Origin: Amoebidium appalachense
Taxonomy: Eukaryota > Protista > Ichthyosporea
DNA length: 64,000 bases
Direction: 5' to 3'
NCBI GenBank assembly: GCA_963693365.1
Contig: CAVNZM010000016.1
Span: 5,076,543-5,140,542 of the forward strand
Part shown: piece by piece, positions 40,187-61,389 of the stretch
How positions within the stretch are numbered: position 1 is the first letter of the stretch
Layout of the letters: each line of letters starts with the position of its first letter
Program-made: the position numbers and the translations under genes
The notes under the pieces: generated by a model
Told to the model about the DNA's origin: nothing
Database searches by the model: none
Seen by the model: only the letters and a program-made list of their open reading frames with translations

Positions 40187-40354
40187 TAGCGAGAGAGATG
40201 GGGCGGGGGGGGGGGGGGGGGAGAGAGAGAGAGAGAGTAGAGAGAGAGAAGGGTCACAGAGAGAAACGTGTCCACACAAACTTCTCGGTCGTCCGTGCAC
40301 GTCACGGTGAGTCATGTGTGTACACCACGGTGTGTGTGCTTGTGTGTGTGTGTG

Positions 40355-40385
<31 letters not shown>

Positions 40386-40524
40386 AGGGGGGGATAATAA
40401 GAAGGGGGGGGGGGGGGGGGGGGGGGGGAAAGGCTCGAGTTAATAAACCAAATAGCAGGCTGTATCAAGTATCCTTTTCAAAACACTCTTTTTTATATCG
40501 TTTATTTGTGTGTGCGTGCATGTG

Positions 40525-40570
<46 letters not shown>

Positions 40571-40693
40571 GTGTGTGTGTGTGTCACAGTACTGTGTGTG
40601 TGTATGTGTGTGTGGTGTGTGTACATGTCACGCGTGTGTGTGACGGTGAGATTTGCACGTGCGTGTGTGTGCGTGCGCGTGTGTGTGAGTGTA

Positions 40694-40724
<31 letters not shown>

Positions 40725-40729
40725 GTGTG

Positions 40730-40772
<43 letters not shown>

Positions 40773-41564
40773 CGCGCGTGTGTGCTGATTGGGGCGGGGT
40801 GGGGGAGGGGCCGGGGGCAGGGGGGGGGGAGGGGGGAGTAGATTCATTTAAAAACAGTCTCTCCTTTTTCCTGTTCTGGTTCCCTCTCCCTCTCCCCTTT
40901 GTCTGTCTGTCTGTGTGTGCGCGGGCGCGCGCGTGTGTGTGCACGTGTGTTCGTATGTGTGTGTGCATGGTGTGTTTGTGTACGTGTTAAATACCGTGAA
41001 AATGGGGAGGGGGGGAGGAGGAGGGGCAATGCCAGGGTGGAGTCAAATGTGACACAAACAGTTGAATATTGAATGTAAAAACTTTTAACACGGATATATG
41101 CGTAGAAGCTTGGCGCTAGCCTAACTTTAACAGTGTGTAGCGTTAGGCATGCGCAGAGGTTTCCCATTTGTTCCTCTCTACTGAAGGAATCCAGAATCTT
41201 GATGTCTGTTCTTCAAATTTTTTCCTCTAAACTCTCCTTCTTTCTTTTCCACTTTTGTTCGTGTGCACGTAAATTTTGTGCGCGTCATCGTGCATGTGTG
41301 TGTCTAATAACATGTTGTTAAGTGGTGGTGATGGGTCCCACGGCCCAGCAGGGGGGGGGGGGTATATAGAATGTGTACACGTTACAGAGCACCAAGTACA
41401 CATTCATAACGGACGACACAAGGCATACTGCAACGCCCCCCAAATTATTGTATACATACACATTACAAGCAGAGCCTATCCTCAGCCTTTGCTTGGCCTA
41501 GGGTGGGTATTACTAAGTGCATGGGTGACGGACGGTGTGGTGGGTGGGCCAACGGGGTTGAGGC

Positions 41565-41602
<38 letters not shown>

Positions 41603-41827
41603 AGAAAGAGACAAGAGAGAAGTACCTCTGAGACACCGAAGGGCAAAATCCAGATCGTCACTAAAATGAAAACCTCGAAATCAAACTGTATGTTTGAGAT
41701 GGCCCGTACGAAAGGCCTGCAGGCAGAAGACACTTAACCCGGGGGAGGGGGCGGGAAGGGGGGGGGGGGGGGGGGGGGGGTTGGCTTCATATATGCCTCT
41801 ACAAAAGAAATTCTGGGTAAATTTCGA

Positions 41828-41859
<32 letters not shown>

Positions 41860-42268
41860 TTTTTTGGTTAGGTTACCACCACCTAGTATTTGCAACACCA
41901 TTAATAGAAAAAAAGACATCGTGTCAGTTGCAGATTCTCTTTTGAGTTTGTGCCGTTTTATTCATATCCGTCAACATTAGTTTCAATGGTAACTTTTATA
42001 ACCATGCAAGGCATACTCCAAAAAACATACGTGATTTTAGCGTCACACCAACATTACAGGGACATAACCACTTCATTTTCACAACCATTATGGGCTGACA
42101 CATCTATATCATCATTATAGCACACTGGAATTTTAATTGATATTTCCTTATTTGGTTACAGTGGGTGTTAACACGCATCATTCACACGTACCAATTATGA
42201 TTAGCCCAAATAATTCTAGCAGCCAGGCTAGAAGTACATTCGGCACACTCACATACATATATCCCATT

Positions 42269-42343
<75 letters not shown>

Positions 42344-42751
42344 CCAATCCACAAAACGACAACAGCATGAAAGCATTCAGTCCCCAAACAAAAACACTTG
42401 CAGACACACGTTTACAATCATATCGAGAACGACGGAGTACGGAAAAGAGTATTTGACTGCGGCATTCAAGTGTTGTCCAGGAACGAATCTAAAGCACATT
42501 TTAACCATCGTGCAATGCAGCGTACCGATGATAATGAAAATCATTCAAGCCAGTACCCTTCCAACAGTACCACACACAGAAAACACGAAGCCACCCCCCC
42601 CCCCCCCCCCCCCCCCACCCACGCACCTCCCTCTCCGCCCTCCCTCTAAAGCTTTCCACTCCTCCCGTTCCCCAGATATCCTCTCCTTCTCAACCCCCCC
42701 CCCCCCCCCCCCCCCCCACACACACACTCATCCCCCCCCTCCCCCTCCTCC

Positions 42752-43065
42752 TCACTCCTTCGGAGTCCCCCCCACCGTCTGCTCCATCCTCCTCCTATGC
42801 AACCTTCTTATCAACTCCACCGGTTTAGCAACACTGTAATATATCCCCCACCCCGTTCCCACAATCACACCCCCCGCCAAACATAGGGGTAGGCCCACGG
42901 CCAACCCGACCGTCACCACACCGACTGCTACTGTTGCTGTTGCAACTGCACGTCTCCTGCGACCCCAACGGAGCTGTAGAAATATGAAGAAGGTGGGGGT
43001 TAGGTGTGTGTGTAAAGGTTGGGAAATTGAAAGGGGCGATTTTTTCCTGCATCATCCTATTTTCC

Positions 43066-43128
<63 letters not shown>

Positions 43129-43161
43129 GGGAAAAAAAAGCAAAAACAAAAACAGCCATAT

Positions 43162-43205
<44 letters not shown>

Positions 43206-44403
43206 TGTGTGGTGGTGGTGGTGGGGGGGGTTGCAAACACAAACACACATCCACACCCAGGACCCAAGGAAACAAAAAAATACACACGCACGGCACCTGG
43301 GGAAAACCCACACAACGACACGTACAGACATGCACACCCAACATCCACCCACACTTCACCAACCATCACAGAACACCAACCCCCCCTCCCCCCCCTCTCC
43401 CTCCTCCTCCCCACCCACCCACCAACCCGCACACCGCACACACACATACACCTTTGGGCACTTGCACAGTGCCAATCCACCTCTCCTTAAGCAAACACCA
43501 TGCAGTATGCGTAGCAGTAGCACGTGTAGCATGCCCCCCCCTCCCTCTTCCTCCCCCTGACCCCCACAACCTCCTCCCCCCCCCCCGTCCCCCTCCCCCC
43601 CCCTCTCCTCTCCCTCACCCCCACAACACACACATATTATAATATTAACATCACCAACAACAACAATAAAAACACACACCTTCGGGCACTTGTGCAGTGC
43701 CGGATCCACCTCCCCGTTATTGAACACGGTGCAGCAAGCGTAGCAGAAGTGTGTGTTGCAGACCCTGCAGTTCATGTGGTTGCAGCCCTCCGTCTTCTGA
43801 ATCGGTGCCTGGCACACGGGGCACCGTGACGCGTGCTTCTTGTTCCATTTCAGGAACTTGCGGTCTCGGCCCTGGTTTAAAAAAGAAATAAAATATTAGT
43901 GGGGAGTCTTACTAACTTCAACCCCCCCCCCCCCCCTGCCGCCCCCCAACCCTCAAAAAAAGAGGGGGGAAAAAAAAAAAAAAAAAAAGAAGAAAGAAAG
44001 CAACACCCAACCAGGGTGCGTACGTGCACGTGACCGTATCTGGAACTCGACACCCGTCATGCACGTGCGGAAAGGAAGCTACGGCAGCCAAAAAAGACCA
44101 CCTTCCCTTTGCAATGAAAAATAACAAGAGCCAACCAGTGACACATTCACAGACAAACAAAACAGATAAGATGCAGATGTAAATAGAGCTTTGAGGGTGG
44201 GGGGTGGGGTGAGGTGGGGGGGGGAGGGGGGGGGAGGGAGGGAGGGAGGGAGGGAGGGAGGGAGGGGGGCGGGGGTATGTATGCCTTAGAGGGTTGTAAA
44301 ATATGGATGATACACCAAAGGACAAAATGATACACCACAGTAAATTCTAAAAATTTAAAAGAAAAACCAGCCAGAGGGATAAAGGGAGGGGCGGAGGGGG
44401 ACG

Positions 44404-44434
<31 letters not shown>

Positions 44435-44594
44435 AAGTGGAACATACTGTCGGAGATAGCAAGAAGAGCGACGGAGAAGGGGGAAGGAGGGGGGGAGGGG
44501 GTAGGCATGAGAAGATAAGAAACCAAAAGCAACCCGAAACAAAAGACGACCAACGAAGAAGCACACGGGCAAGTTTTTTTTAGTGTGTGTGTGT

Positions 44595-44652
<58 letters not shown>

Positions 44653-45919
44653 GGGGGTTTGAATGCGTCAAAAAGTACGAAGTACACAAGAACAAACGGA
44701 TAACACGATGCAGAATGCAAGCCATACATAAAGAGTATGCATAATAAGCAGAGCCCATCCTCAGGGGGGGCCCACGTCATCCACAGTACCCGAGTTTCGA
44801 CCTATTCACCTCGTTAATGAAACCCAACTCAGATACTGTTTCACTTGAACATGGGTAGGTCACCCGTCTTGATCAGAGACGAGCAGGGTTGCTTATGCAG
44901 GCAAGGGCAGTGGGAAAGGCCGGGGGTTAAAGTTGCAGCAGTAAGCAGAAGCAAAAAATATATAGATAGGAACTCAGGAGACGGGGCTTCTAGGAAGCTC
45001 CCCCGTCGATACCTAAGTCGATACTTCCCTGGCTAGCATACTACACCAGCTGAAAAGAATTAAGTCCCGAAGGCCGCAGAATTCGCAATCAGAGGGGAAA
45101 ATATGAGATTTGACCGACGCCGCAGGGTAGTAACACGCTTACTAGGGCGGAACTTTATCGTCGTATAGGTATCGTAACATGTGTTTGTCCGAAACCAAAA
45201 AGCGACACCAAAGGACAAAATTCAAAATGTCACAAAAACGAAAAAAAAAAAACCCTGAAATCAAAACATTTTGAGCGTGCCCGAAGAAGACACTTGAACA
45301 GAGCCCATCATCAGGGGGGTTCCTACGCCTCGACAAAAGCATGAGTTTCGACCCTTTACTTAACCTCTCGCACGGGAGGGGGGGAAGGAATTTAGAGAGG
45401 ACATGAACACCAAAGGTACCTGGAACTCGCTGCATGTCATGCCTGTGTGAGTGGGATTATGGCAGTCGAAACAACACGTTGCTTTGCGCTTTTCAAAATA
45501 ATACAACAAAATAATAAAATAACGCATAAACAATACCAAAAAATAGATGACCCACCAAACAACTGATATACAAATGATAAAGCATGGCTTTTTACCTGAA
45601 ATTCGCTGCACGTCATGCCTGTGTGGGTGGGACTATGGCAGTCGAAGCACCACATGCTCTTGCACTTCACACACTCAGTCTCTTTCGTGGGCCCACGGAA
45701 CGTAACGGCTCCACAGTCAGGACACGTCTTCACGTCTGGGTTGTGTGATACCTCTATCTTGATCTGCACAGGAGGAAAAGTAAAAATAAGTAAATTCTAA
45801 AAATTTAAAAGAAAACCCAGCTAGAGGGATAAAGGGAGGGGCCGGGGGGGGGGGGGGGGGGGGGGGGGATTAGCACATACTGTCGGAGATAGCAAGAAGA
45901 GTGACGGAGTAGGGGGAAG

Positions 45920-45959
<40 letters not shown>

Positions 45960-46036
45960 TGAGAAGATAAGAAACCAAAAGCAACCCGAAACAAAAGACG
46001 ACCAACGAAGAAGCACACGGGCAAGTTTTTTTTAGT

Positions 46037-46088
<52 letters not shown>

Positions 46089-46690
46089 GGGTTTGAATGC
46101 GGAACACGGTACGAAGTACGCATACACGACGAGAAGCATGGTGCAGGACACATGCAAAGGCAAACATTCAAGTATGCAGCATCAGCCATGTGCACAGTAT
46201 GCGTCATAAGCAGAGCCCATCCTCAAGAAGGACCCAAGTCATCAATTGCGTCTGAGTTTCGACCCCTTAGCCCGCGTATATACGACGCTCCAACTCAGAC
46301 AGCAGCCTCAACTGAACTTGGGCGGGTCAACCCGTCTTGATTAATGACGAGGAGGGTTGCTTATGCAAGCAAGGTGAGCAAAACGGTGAAGATGTGTGTG
46401 CAAACTGATGCAGTGCAGCGAAAAATGCGTATGTGCTTACAGATGCACGACACAGAGCAACCATGCCCGGTTGCATGGAAGTAAAGCGGTCTCCACACAG
46501 TGGTCTGTCCTGAAAGGACAACTCTGAAAGAAGACTGGGGGGGGTTTGAATGCGGAACACGGTACGAAGTACGCATACACGACGAGAAGCATGGTGCAGG
46601 ACACATGCAAAGGCAAACATTCAAGTATGCAACATCAGCCATGTGCACAGTATGCGTCATAAGCAGAGCCCATCCTCAGGGAGGACCCAA

Positions 46691-46728
<38 letters not shown>

Positions 46729-47493
46729 GGGTTGGGTTAGTAGGTATAGGTATCCTAACATGTGTTTGTCCGAAGCCAAAGAGCGACACGAGCGTGGGAG
46801 CCAGAAAACTACAACACACCCCTGTAAGTACACATGATCACAGCTATTCTACGACACCACACACTTAAGCATGGTGCACACCCAGCATACAAAAAAGGAA
46901 AAAAATACACCACCACCCTTAGAGAGTTTGACCCCCTCACCCTCTCCCATCTGTTGTACGCGCATGCGCGAAACACACACACACACACACACACACACGA
47001 ACACAACGAGTGTGTGTGTGTATGTGTATGTGTGTAGCTTTTCCTCTGCCTCCAGGAATTTCAAATTGGCTCTCTTTGCAAACAAGTGTGGCAGCAATAG
47101 TGAACCTTATACCTAAAAAAAAAACAAAAAAAAAAAAAACAACAACATCAAGTCCAGATAGAAATGGGCACTACACCTTTCGGTCCTTTCTCATCCTCTA
47201 CACACAATCGGGAAGGATAAAAAAAAAAAAAAAAAAAAAAAAGGAAACAGAAATTGAAGGGAAAACAAAAAACAAAATGAAAGTCCAGATAGAAATGCGC
47301 AGCCCACCTGCTAGCTCTTTTTGATCCTTTCCACAAAAACAAAAAAATAAAATTTAAACATGAAAGTAAATATTAAAAATTCAGGTACCAAATAAAATGA
47401 GCAGCCTACCTGTTGGTCCCTTGTCATCATCCTATCTCATCCATCCCCCCCCCCCCAACCAAAAAAAACAAAACAAAAAAAAAAACACACACA

Positions 47494-47525
<32 letters not shown>

Positions 47526-47880
47526 CACACATGCACACACACACAAAACATGAAAAACAAATAAAAAAATGAAATCCAAATGAATAGAAATGGGCAGCCC
47601 ACCTGTTGGTACTTTGCCCAATGCTCCCTGTCCAAGATGGCAAGCAGGAGGTCTTCCGGTACCTTCACGCCGCAACCTGGCCACCACATACAAAGGGTAA
47701 GTAACGTGTGTGTGTGTTTGTCTGTGTGTGTGTTTCTTTGTGTGTGTGTGTGTGTGTGTGTCTGTGTGTGTCTGCATGCGGGCATGCTCGTGTTTGTATG
47801 TGTTGTGTGTATGTGTAAGTACGTGTGTGTATGTGTATGTGTAGCGGAGCGCACATGTGCAAGGTGCTTGTGTGTGTGTT

Positions 47881-47911
<31 letters not shown>

Positions 47912-48002
47912 CGTGCACGCACGCGCACACACACACACGGCGCCGGCGCGTATTGCAGGCGGATGCGCGTGTCTGCATTTTTTGGGGGGGGTTGGGGGGG
48001 GT

Positions 48003-48036
<34 letters not shown>

Positions 48037-48450
48037 TGATGTGTGTGTGAGAAAGTGGAGTGCCTGTTCTACAGGTTGTTTCGATAAGCTTGGAAGTGCG
48101 AGTATGTGTGTGTGTGCAGGTGTGTTTTTTGGCAAACTTCAGCCACAGTAGGTGTGTTCGAGCACACATCTGTGCATGCGTGCATGTGTGAATGCGCACG
48201 CGTGCGTGGAACGGGGGTGTGTGTGCCGCCCAGGGGGAGGGGAAGGGGGGGGGGGGGGGGGGGGGGAGGGGTCTCTGTGTGCGTGAAGTATCTCTGCAAC
48301 AGTGTTTGCGGAGTACTTGTGCGTGCATGCATGCATTTGTGATTATTGATGTATGTAGTTGGAAGCATAGCCACCAGACGTGTGTGTGTGTGTGCGCGCG
48401 CGTGCGCACGCGTGTGTGTAGGCGCACTTGTGCATGTGTGCATGTGTGCA

Positions 48451-48482
<32 letters not shown>

Positions 48483-49053
48483 TGCATGCGTGCGTACATG
48501 GATGCACCCATCCGGATGTGTGTACATATACGTGTATGTGTACATGGACGTGTGTGTGTTCGTGTCTGTGTGCATGTGTGCGTGAGTGGGTGGGGCAGGG
48601 GGGGGGGGGGGGGGGGGCGTGTCGAATGCGATTGTGACCTTCGAATGTCTGTCTCAGAGTGAGTGTACGCTTGTTTGTGCACACGTGTGCGTATGAGCAC
48701 ATGTGAGTGTGTGTGTGTGTGTGTGTATGTGTGTGTGTAAACACACACTTGAGCGTGTGTGTATTTGAAGTGCTTCAACCACAATGTGAGAGCTGAATTT
48801 TGCCAACTTTCTCAACTAATTTCTAGACAGGTGGGTGACCGGCGAATTACAAACCCAATTACTGAGAAACACCAGCGATTCAAAACCAGACTCGTGCTAG
48901 CCTTTCTCACAGGGACATGTGTATCTAACAACTACTCTAGCCGCCCGCATCGTCCCGATAACCCCATCCCACACCTCAACATCAGCTCCTATATATCACC
49001 CCACCAACCCCTCGAAGTAACACAAACATTGCCCTTTTCTCTTCCTTTTTACA

Positions 49054-49128
<75 letters not shown>

Positions 49129-50606
49129 ACAAACACACACCACCCACAAAAAAAAATGTTTTTGTTCACAAAGAACACACCTTGAATAGGGCAATAGATG
49201 TTGATGGTCCTCTCCTCCAACTTCACCTTACACCACGACTCGAAGCACGTGGAGCAGACATCACACCCACACCCCATGCTTATGCCTGCCCATTCATAGC
49301 GCGACACCTCCGTCCCCTCACCACACTGCTCGTAGCATATCAAGCATGCCCATTTTCTGAGATTATTGCCTTCCTCATCCTGCACATCACCCACCTGGGT
49401 TAAGAAGGAAGAGAAACACACTACGAGCTTGCGTAGACTTCAGGAATGACAAAAAGAAAAAAAAACAAAAAAAACACCAAAATTCCAAGAATGACACGAC
49501 GAACGAAAAAAAAAAAGGTAGTGGCACATAGAAAGGAATTATGCTATCCATTGGTCAGACCAAAGCCAGCCATGCGTAGAAGGAAACAATGAAGCGATGA
49601 CGCCAAGATCACAGGTGTTTGTCTAACCCCCCCCCCCCCCCCTCCCCGCCTCTCTCCCCTCCAAGACAAACCATTAGAGTAACAAACCTTAAAACACACG
49701 TCTCAGCAGTGTAAAAAAACTCACTAATTCTCCTCTACAACCGCCAAAAAACACCACAGAAAAACATAAAAAAACACACCTCGGTTTCGTTTTCCTGGTG
49801 CGTTGCCCACTCCTCCATGTTATCACCTCTGAGGCTCCTGGTCAGCATGCTCCATGCCCCACGGCTAGTCGCATCTGATTCAGCCAAGAAATCTGCATAC
49901 GTCAAAACATGCGATCCATCTGGTTCCTCCGTTCGCTCGCCAGCTGTCGTTGAACCAACATCATCACCAAAGAGAAAAGAATATGTTTGCCGTGTGGATG
50001 GAAACCTCCTTTTGTCAGTAGATAGCTCCGATACCTCACTGGTAGCCGACACACTGACAGTCTCAACATTACTGCGGCGAGGAAAAAAGTTCAGACCCTT
50101 GACAACACTAACCCTTTCTTTAAGGTTTTCTTTCTTTCTCTCCTCCCAAAAATATCCCTTTTTCTCCTCTGACCCTCCTCCCCCCCCCCTCCCCCCTCCT
50201 ACCCCTCACACACTCACACACTCACACACTCACACACACACACACACACACAAACCCAGAACATACACACAAAAACGTTCTCGTACGAGGCTCCACAAGA
50301 AACAAACAAGTTCCTTAGAAAAAAAAAAGTATTTCTTTCTCCTGCATTCCCACAAACCACCCTCCCCTTCCTTAGCAGAAATGATAAAAGAGCGATCAGC
50401 CTGTTCCCAATAAACATGCGCCTTTAAGCTATGCACAGGTGCACTTCCAACCAAAACCTCCGAGGGAGAACTCCAAATTTGGTGCCACCTATAGGTGTGC
50501 TATCCCAAACCTTCAAACAACGAACAGCTTCGACTTTTAAGACAACTAGAACCCGGTAGGAAATTTGAGCAAGTGGGACCAGTGTGAGTACTTACATTTC
50601 AGCCAT
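42752..50606 (-). CDS. RBR (RING1-IBR-RING2) E3 ubiquitin ligase with C-terminal membrane anchor, RNF144/RNF217-like, 7 exons, ~390 aa
   Basis: Exons 50606-50596, 50071-49780, 49394-49181, 47676-47603, 45763-45596, 43871-43680, 42973-42752 join in frame (1173 nt). RING1 CLIC...CGCDVCSTC...CPIQGC, IBR CPDC...CVKC...CFDCHSPTH...C, RING2 [30 protein letters not shown], then hydrophobic [24 protein letters not shown]. The 11-nt first exon is the least certain part. Confidence 0.88.
44658..45162 (-). mobile_element. Structured non-coding retro-element, subfamily A copy 4 (5'-truncated)
   Basis: Reverse complement of the 3' ~500 nt of copies 1-3. Its 3' end CATTCAAA abuts a C-run (G-run on +). Lies in RBR intron 5. 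Confidence 0.9.
45295..45370 (-). mobile_element. Old subfamily C core fragment of the same element family
   Basis: Minus strand reads AAAGGGTCGAAACTC-ATGCTTTTGTCGAGGCGTAGGAACCCC-CTGATGA-TGGGCTCTG: the same flanking motifs as A and B with a diverged spacer. Confidence 0.65.
46092..46690 (-). mobile_element. Two head-to-tail subfamily B copies (46690-46545 and ~46536-46092)
   Basis: ~145-nt direct repeat (46092-46237 vs 46545-46690), each copy ending CGCATTCAAA plus C-run. The longer copy carries the full structured core homologous to subfamily A. Poly-C on both outer sides. Confidence 0.85.
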
Positions 50607-52073
50607 TTTTAGCGCTCGAAAGCGCACCTTTCTTTGCACTCACACTCTTCTTGATGATTGAAGTGTGAACAAGTGGCTCGAAAAGACTCCTTACATGCAC
50701 AGTCTAATGGTTGTATAGCTTGTGCAAAAAAAATCTATGACTAAAGAGCCTCGTTTTCATATGTTAACGCAGTTTACCCCCCCCACCCCCCCTCCCCCCA
50801 GTTCCAACATCACAAAAAAAAGGTTTGGCTTCTCAAGCAGGATTGGACACTTCGGTAGTTATAATCCAGAATCTGTCGATCTTTCACACAGAAAAAAAAC
50901 CTCCTGCCGCACGGATGCAGCACCACACGTATCTCCTCTGTGGCGTTTCTGTTTCCTCCACTTGCCTTTTTCCTTTTGTTTAGGAACTCTGAACTTTTAT
51001 GAATTCAAAAATCAGCGAATATCGGATTCGAACGAGACAACTCTGCATAAGCCTGGAACCAACGTTTGCGTTCTGATTCAAATGCTGAGTGCTGACTTTC
51101 TGCGGCCCTCCTCATGTCACGAACTGGCTCTGTATAGCGAAAAACAGAAATAGAACAGTGTTGAAGTTTGTAAAAATTGATAATGTGGGTGTTTTCTGGG
51201 GATTTGCTTCATAAAAATTGGTGTGCATAAACATATTTTCGTATATTACTGTTCATAGGGAAAATTCACCAGGTTTTGTGTGCTAATCTTTAGTGAACCC
51301 AATATGGCATGACTGGCTAAAGATGACGGCGATATAAGCAATTTAAAAGTAGGTGATTCATTCGACAGAGCATTTTAAAAAATCAAATTTCAGATGCAAA
51401 TTATGTATTAGTATTGTAACAAATTATAGAAGCAGTACAATCAGTCATGGCCAGAAGACCGTGACACAGCACTGAGTCAGCAGTCGGCGGGAGATTTGAG
51501 ACTACGATGGCCACATCACAAACTAGAGGTTTATAGCACGAATAAGAGAAGGTAACTTTTTGAATTCAATAAAGAATATGCTAATTTTCACTTACTAAAA
51601 CTGTTAGCATGTCTACAAATAGGCGTCTGCCTGTTTAACTATAGAACCTTCGAGGTCATGCGAGGCTGGTCCAGTCACTGGGGCGCACGCGTCGCCATCT
51701 GTGTGAGGCGCCCGGGAAAAGGGTCAACCAAAACTCCTATCGGGGCTTAACGTGTCAGTCCATCCAATCCGACGGCAGTCACAAAACAATTGGAAAGAGT
51801 TTCTTGGTAGAGGATACAGTAGTAAGGCTTCTGCGCTGGAAATAAACAACCCTTATTGTTAAAGTTACACTTCTTTATGAAGAAAAGCGAAACGTTATAC
51901 GCGGACCTTAGCTGCTTGGCTATATTTCAAATTCAAAGTCCGAACCCATGGACAGGGCAGGAAATTACACTGTTTTCGGAAGTTAATATACCGTTAATTT
52001 TCAGAAAGTACCAGTAAAGCCTGGGACTTAGTTCCACTTGAGTTGGAGGTTTGGGAAGTAAATAAAAAGAAGA

Positions 52074-52109
<36 letters not shown>

Positions 52110-53018
52110 ACCCTACCCCCCTCCCCTTCTCTCTTACCCCCCCCCCCGGGCCCCCCCTCCCGCCCAAAGCTGGAGAGTCTCCGTTTTTTTCTTGAGAAAA
52201 CACTGGAACTTGCAATCACGCAAAAAGTTATCTCAATACCGCATTATATCTCATGAGCAGTCCATATCCGGAAAAGGCACTTGGGAAATGCAGGTTTTGT
52301 TATCCATTAAATATCGAATTTTGTCTGCTTTCTGGGCTTGTTTTGTGCATTCAATCTAGAAATCTACAAACTTTCAAAGATATATAGTTCAAATCAACAG
52401 ATGGCATTATTATTGGAGAGGCTCGAAAGGAGCAGCCGGCTACATAGTAAATTGCCCTAAAATACAAACTACACATAATTGTTGGGGATGCTACGACAGG
52501 ATATTTTATGTTATTTAAGCGCAAGATTATGATATTGCCAATGAATCATACGGGGGTCCGGGGGGCCGAGGGCCCCCCGCCGGCGGATAGATATACATTT
52601 ATCGGATAGATTAAGGGAAGTAAATATCTCCGGACAGGAATAGGCGATCCGCCAGATGCCAAAATACAGTAATCCTAAAATGTAGTTTCTAGCCCTGCCC
52701 GTGGAACTTCTTCGGTCGCACAGTGCACCATGCTCTGTGGTCCTTTCGCGTTTTGGGGCAGCCTGGGCCTCCGCCGTTACCGTTATCATGCTAGTTATTT
52801 TACCTTACCCATTGCAAGGATATACAGGTAATCCGTTGTGGTAGTAATAAACCGTGGTTTTTAAATACCGCGCGCGGCGCCAGTATATGACAGGTAGGCT
52901 ATTTTTAGTAACAGCTGTGGGGCTTCATCTCAGCCAAATTTACAAGTTAGTGGGAAGAGCAAGGGAAAAAATTAAGAACCTTATAAATATAAAATTTGAA
53001 TCAGTATTACATATACTC

Positions 53019-53129
<111 letters not shown>

Positions 53130-53907
53130 TGAAACAGCCTAGTATTGCAGTGACCCCCGGAGTATCGTACTTGTGGAATGTGTCACTGGTTCGATGGAAT
53201 GCCTAAATCACGCTCTGATTGGATTTAAATCAGGCATGTCCATCAGTTAAATATTAGACCCTGTACTGAGTCCTTCCGAGCAGGGAGCAGGTTTCCCGTA
53301 GAATATAAATCCACTGTATATGTGTGCCTTGCAAAGGCCTTTAACTCTCTCGTAATGCACTAAGGCATTGTTACTGACAGCATTTTTCCCAATCTTGACA
53401 TAAATAACAACAGATTGGCCTTTACATGTCGCAATAAATGCAGGCCATGGGAATGCGCACCTGCCGTGTCATGCCAATGGCGCCTGTGTGGAAAATACGA
53501 GGTTTTACAAAAATGTCAGAACTATAAATATAGAGGGTCTAAAATACAATTTCTCCCCGTAACCATAAAGTCAATAATGCAAGGATTCATGTATTTTGTA
53601 ATTTACGAAAGATTTACGATTTTTTTTTAAATATTTGGAATGTGTAATAAAAAGCACCATCGGCTCATATGTTTATTTACTGGCAACTTGAGTACGAGGA
53701 ACGCTGTCATTGGAAACGTTTGGAAGTGATATAGTTTTCATTAACGATTCTATAGAAACTGTGTGCTGGATTATTTTCTCGTTTTGTATTGTTTAGGCTA
53801 CTGTGGTTCTTCTCCCTGTCCCTTCGATTCCCCTCTCTCCAAGGGCCACACACACCGTACACCCACACACCCACACACCCACACACCCACACACCTATAC
53901 ACACACC

Positions 53908-53953
<46 letters not shown>

Positions 53954-54056
53954 CTACACACACGCACAAACACATACACAAACAAACACACAACCACAAA
54001 CACAACGCGAACTCACAATCACCGCCCTCCTGCGAGGTAATTAAACATCACCATAG

Positions 54057-60986
<6,930 letters not shown>

Positions 60987-61278
60987 TGTGATTTGGTGGT
61001 TTTGTTTTCGGGGTGATGTCCGCCGATGGAGTTTTAGAGGGGTTTGATGGATGGGTGTGATTGGGCGAGCTGTGGGTGTGATTTAAAATGTGAATTGAAG
61101 GTCCTTTTTGTTTCGTTTTTTCGCTGATGAATGGCCGAGGAAATTCTACTTATTAGCTTTCTTTGATTTCGTTTCTGTTTTTGCGCCAGCGATTCTACTT
61201 CGACGTCTTAAATACCTATTCTACGAGTATCAGTGTCTTTCCCTTATGGTGTGTGTGTGTGTGTGTGTGTGGGGGGGT

Positions 61279-61310
<32 letters not shown>

Positions 61311-61327
61311 TTATGCTGATATGTGCT

Positions 61328-61389
<62 letters not shown>

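Noticed and set aside
47030-47112. Possible extra RBR exon after a strong poly-T-AG acceptor
   Set aside because: Phase 0 gives an immediate stop (GTA TAA), and exons 4 and 5 already join into a normal RING1-IBR linker.
51655-51790. GC-rich hairpin region that might be an H/ACA snoRNA, SRP RNA or HDV-like ribozyme
   Set aside because: One plausible stem and an ACA, but no H box, SRP helix-8 motif or HDV nested pseudoknot could be built; single copy.
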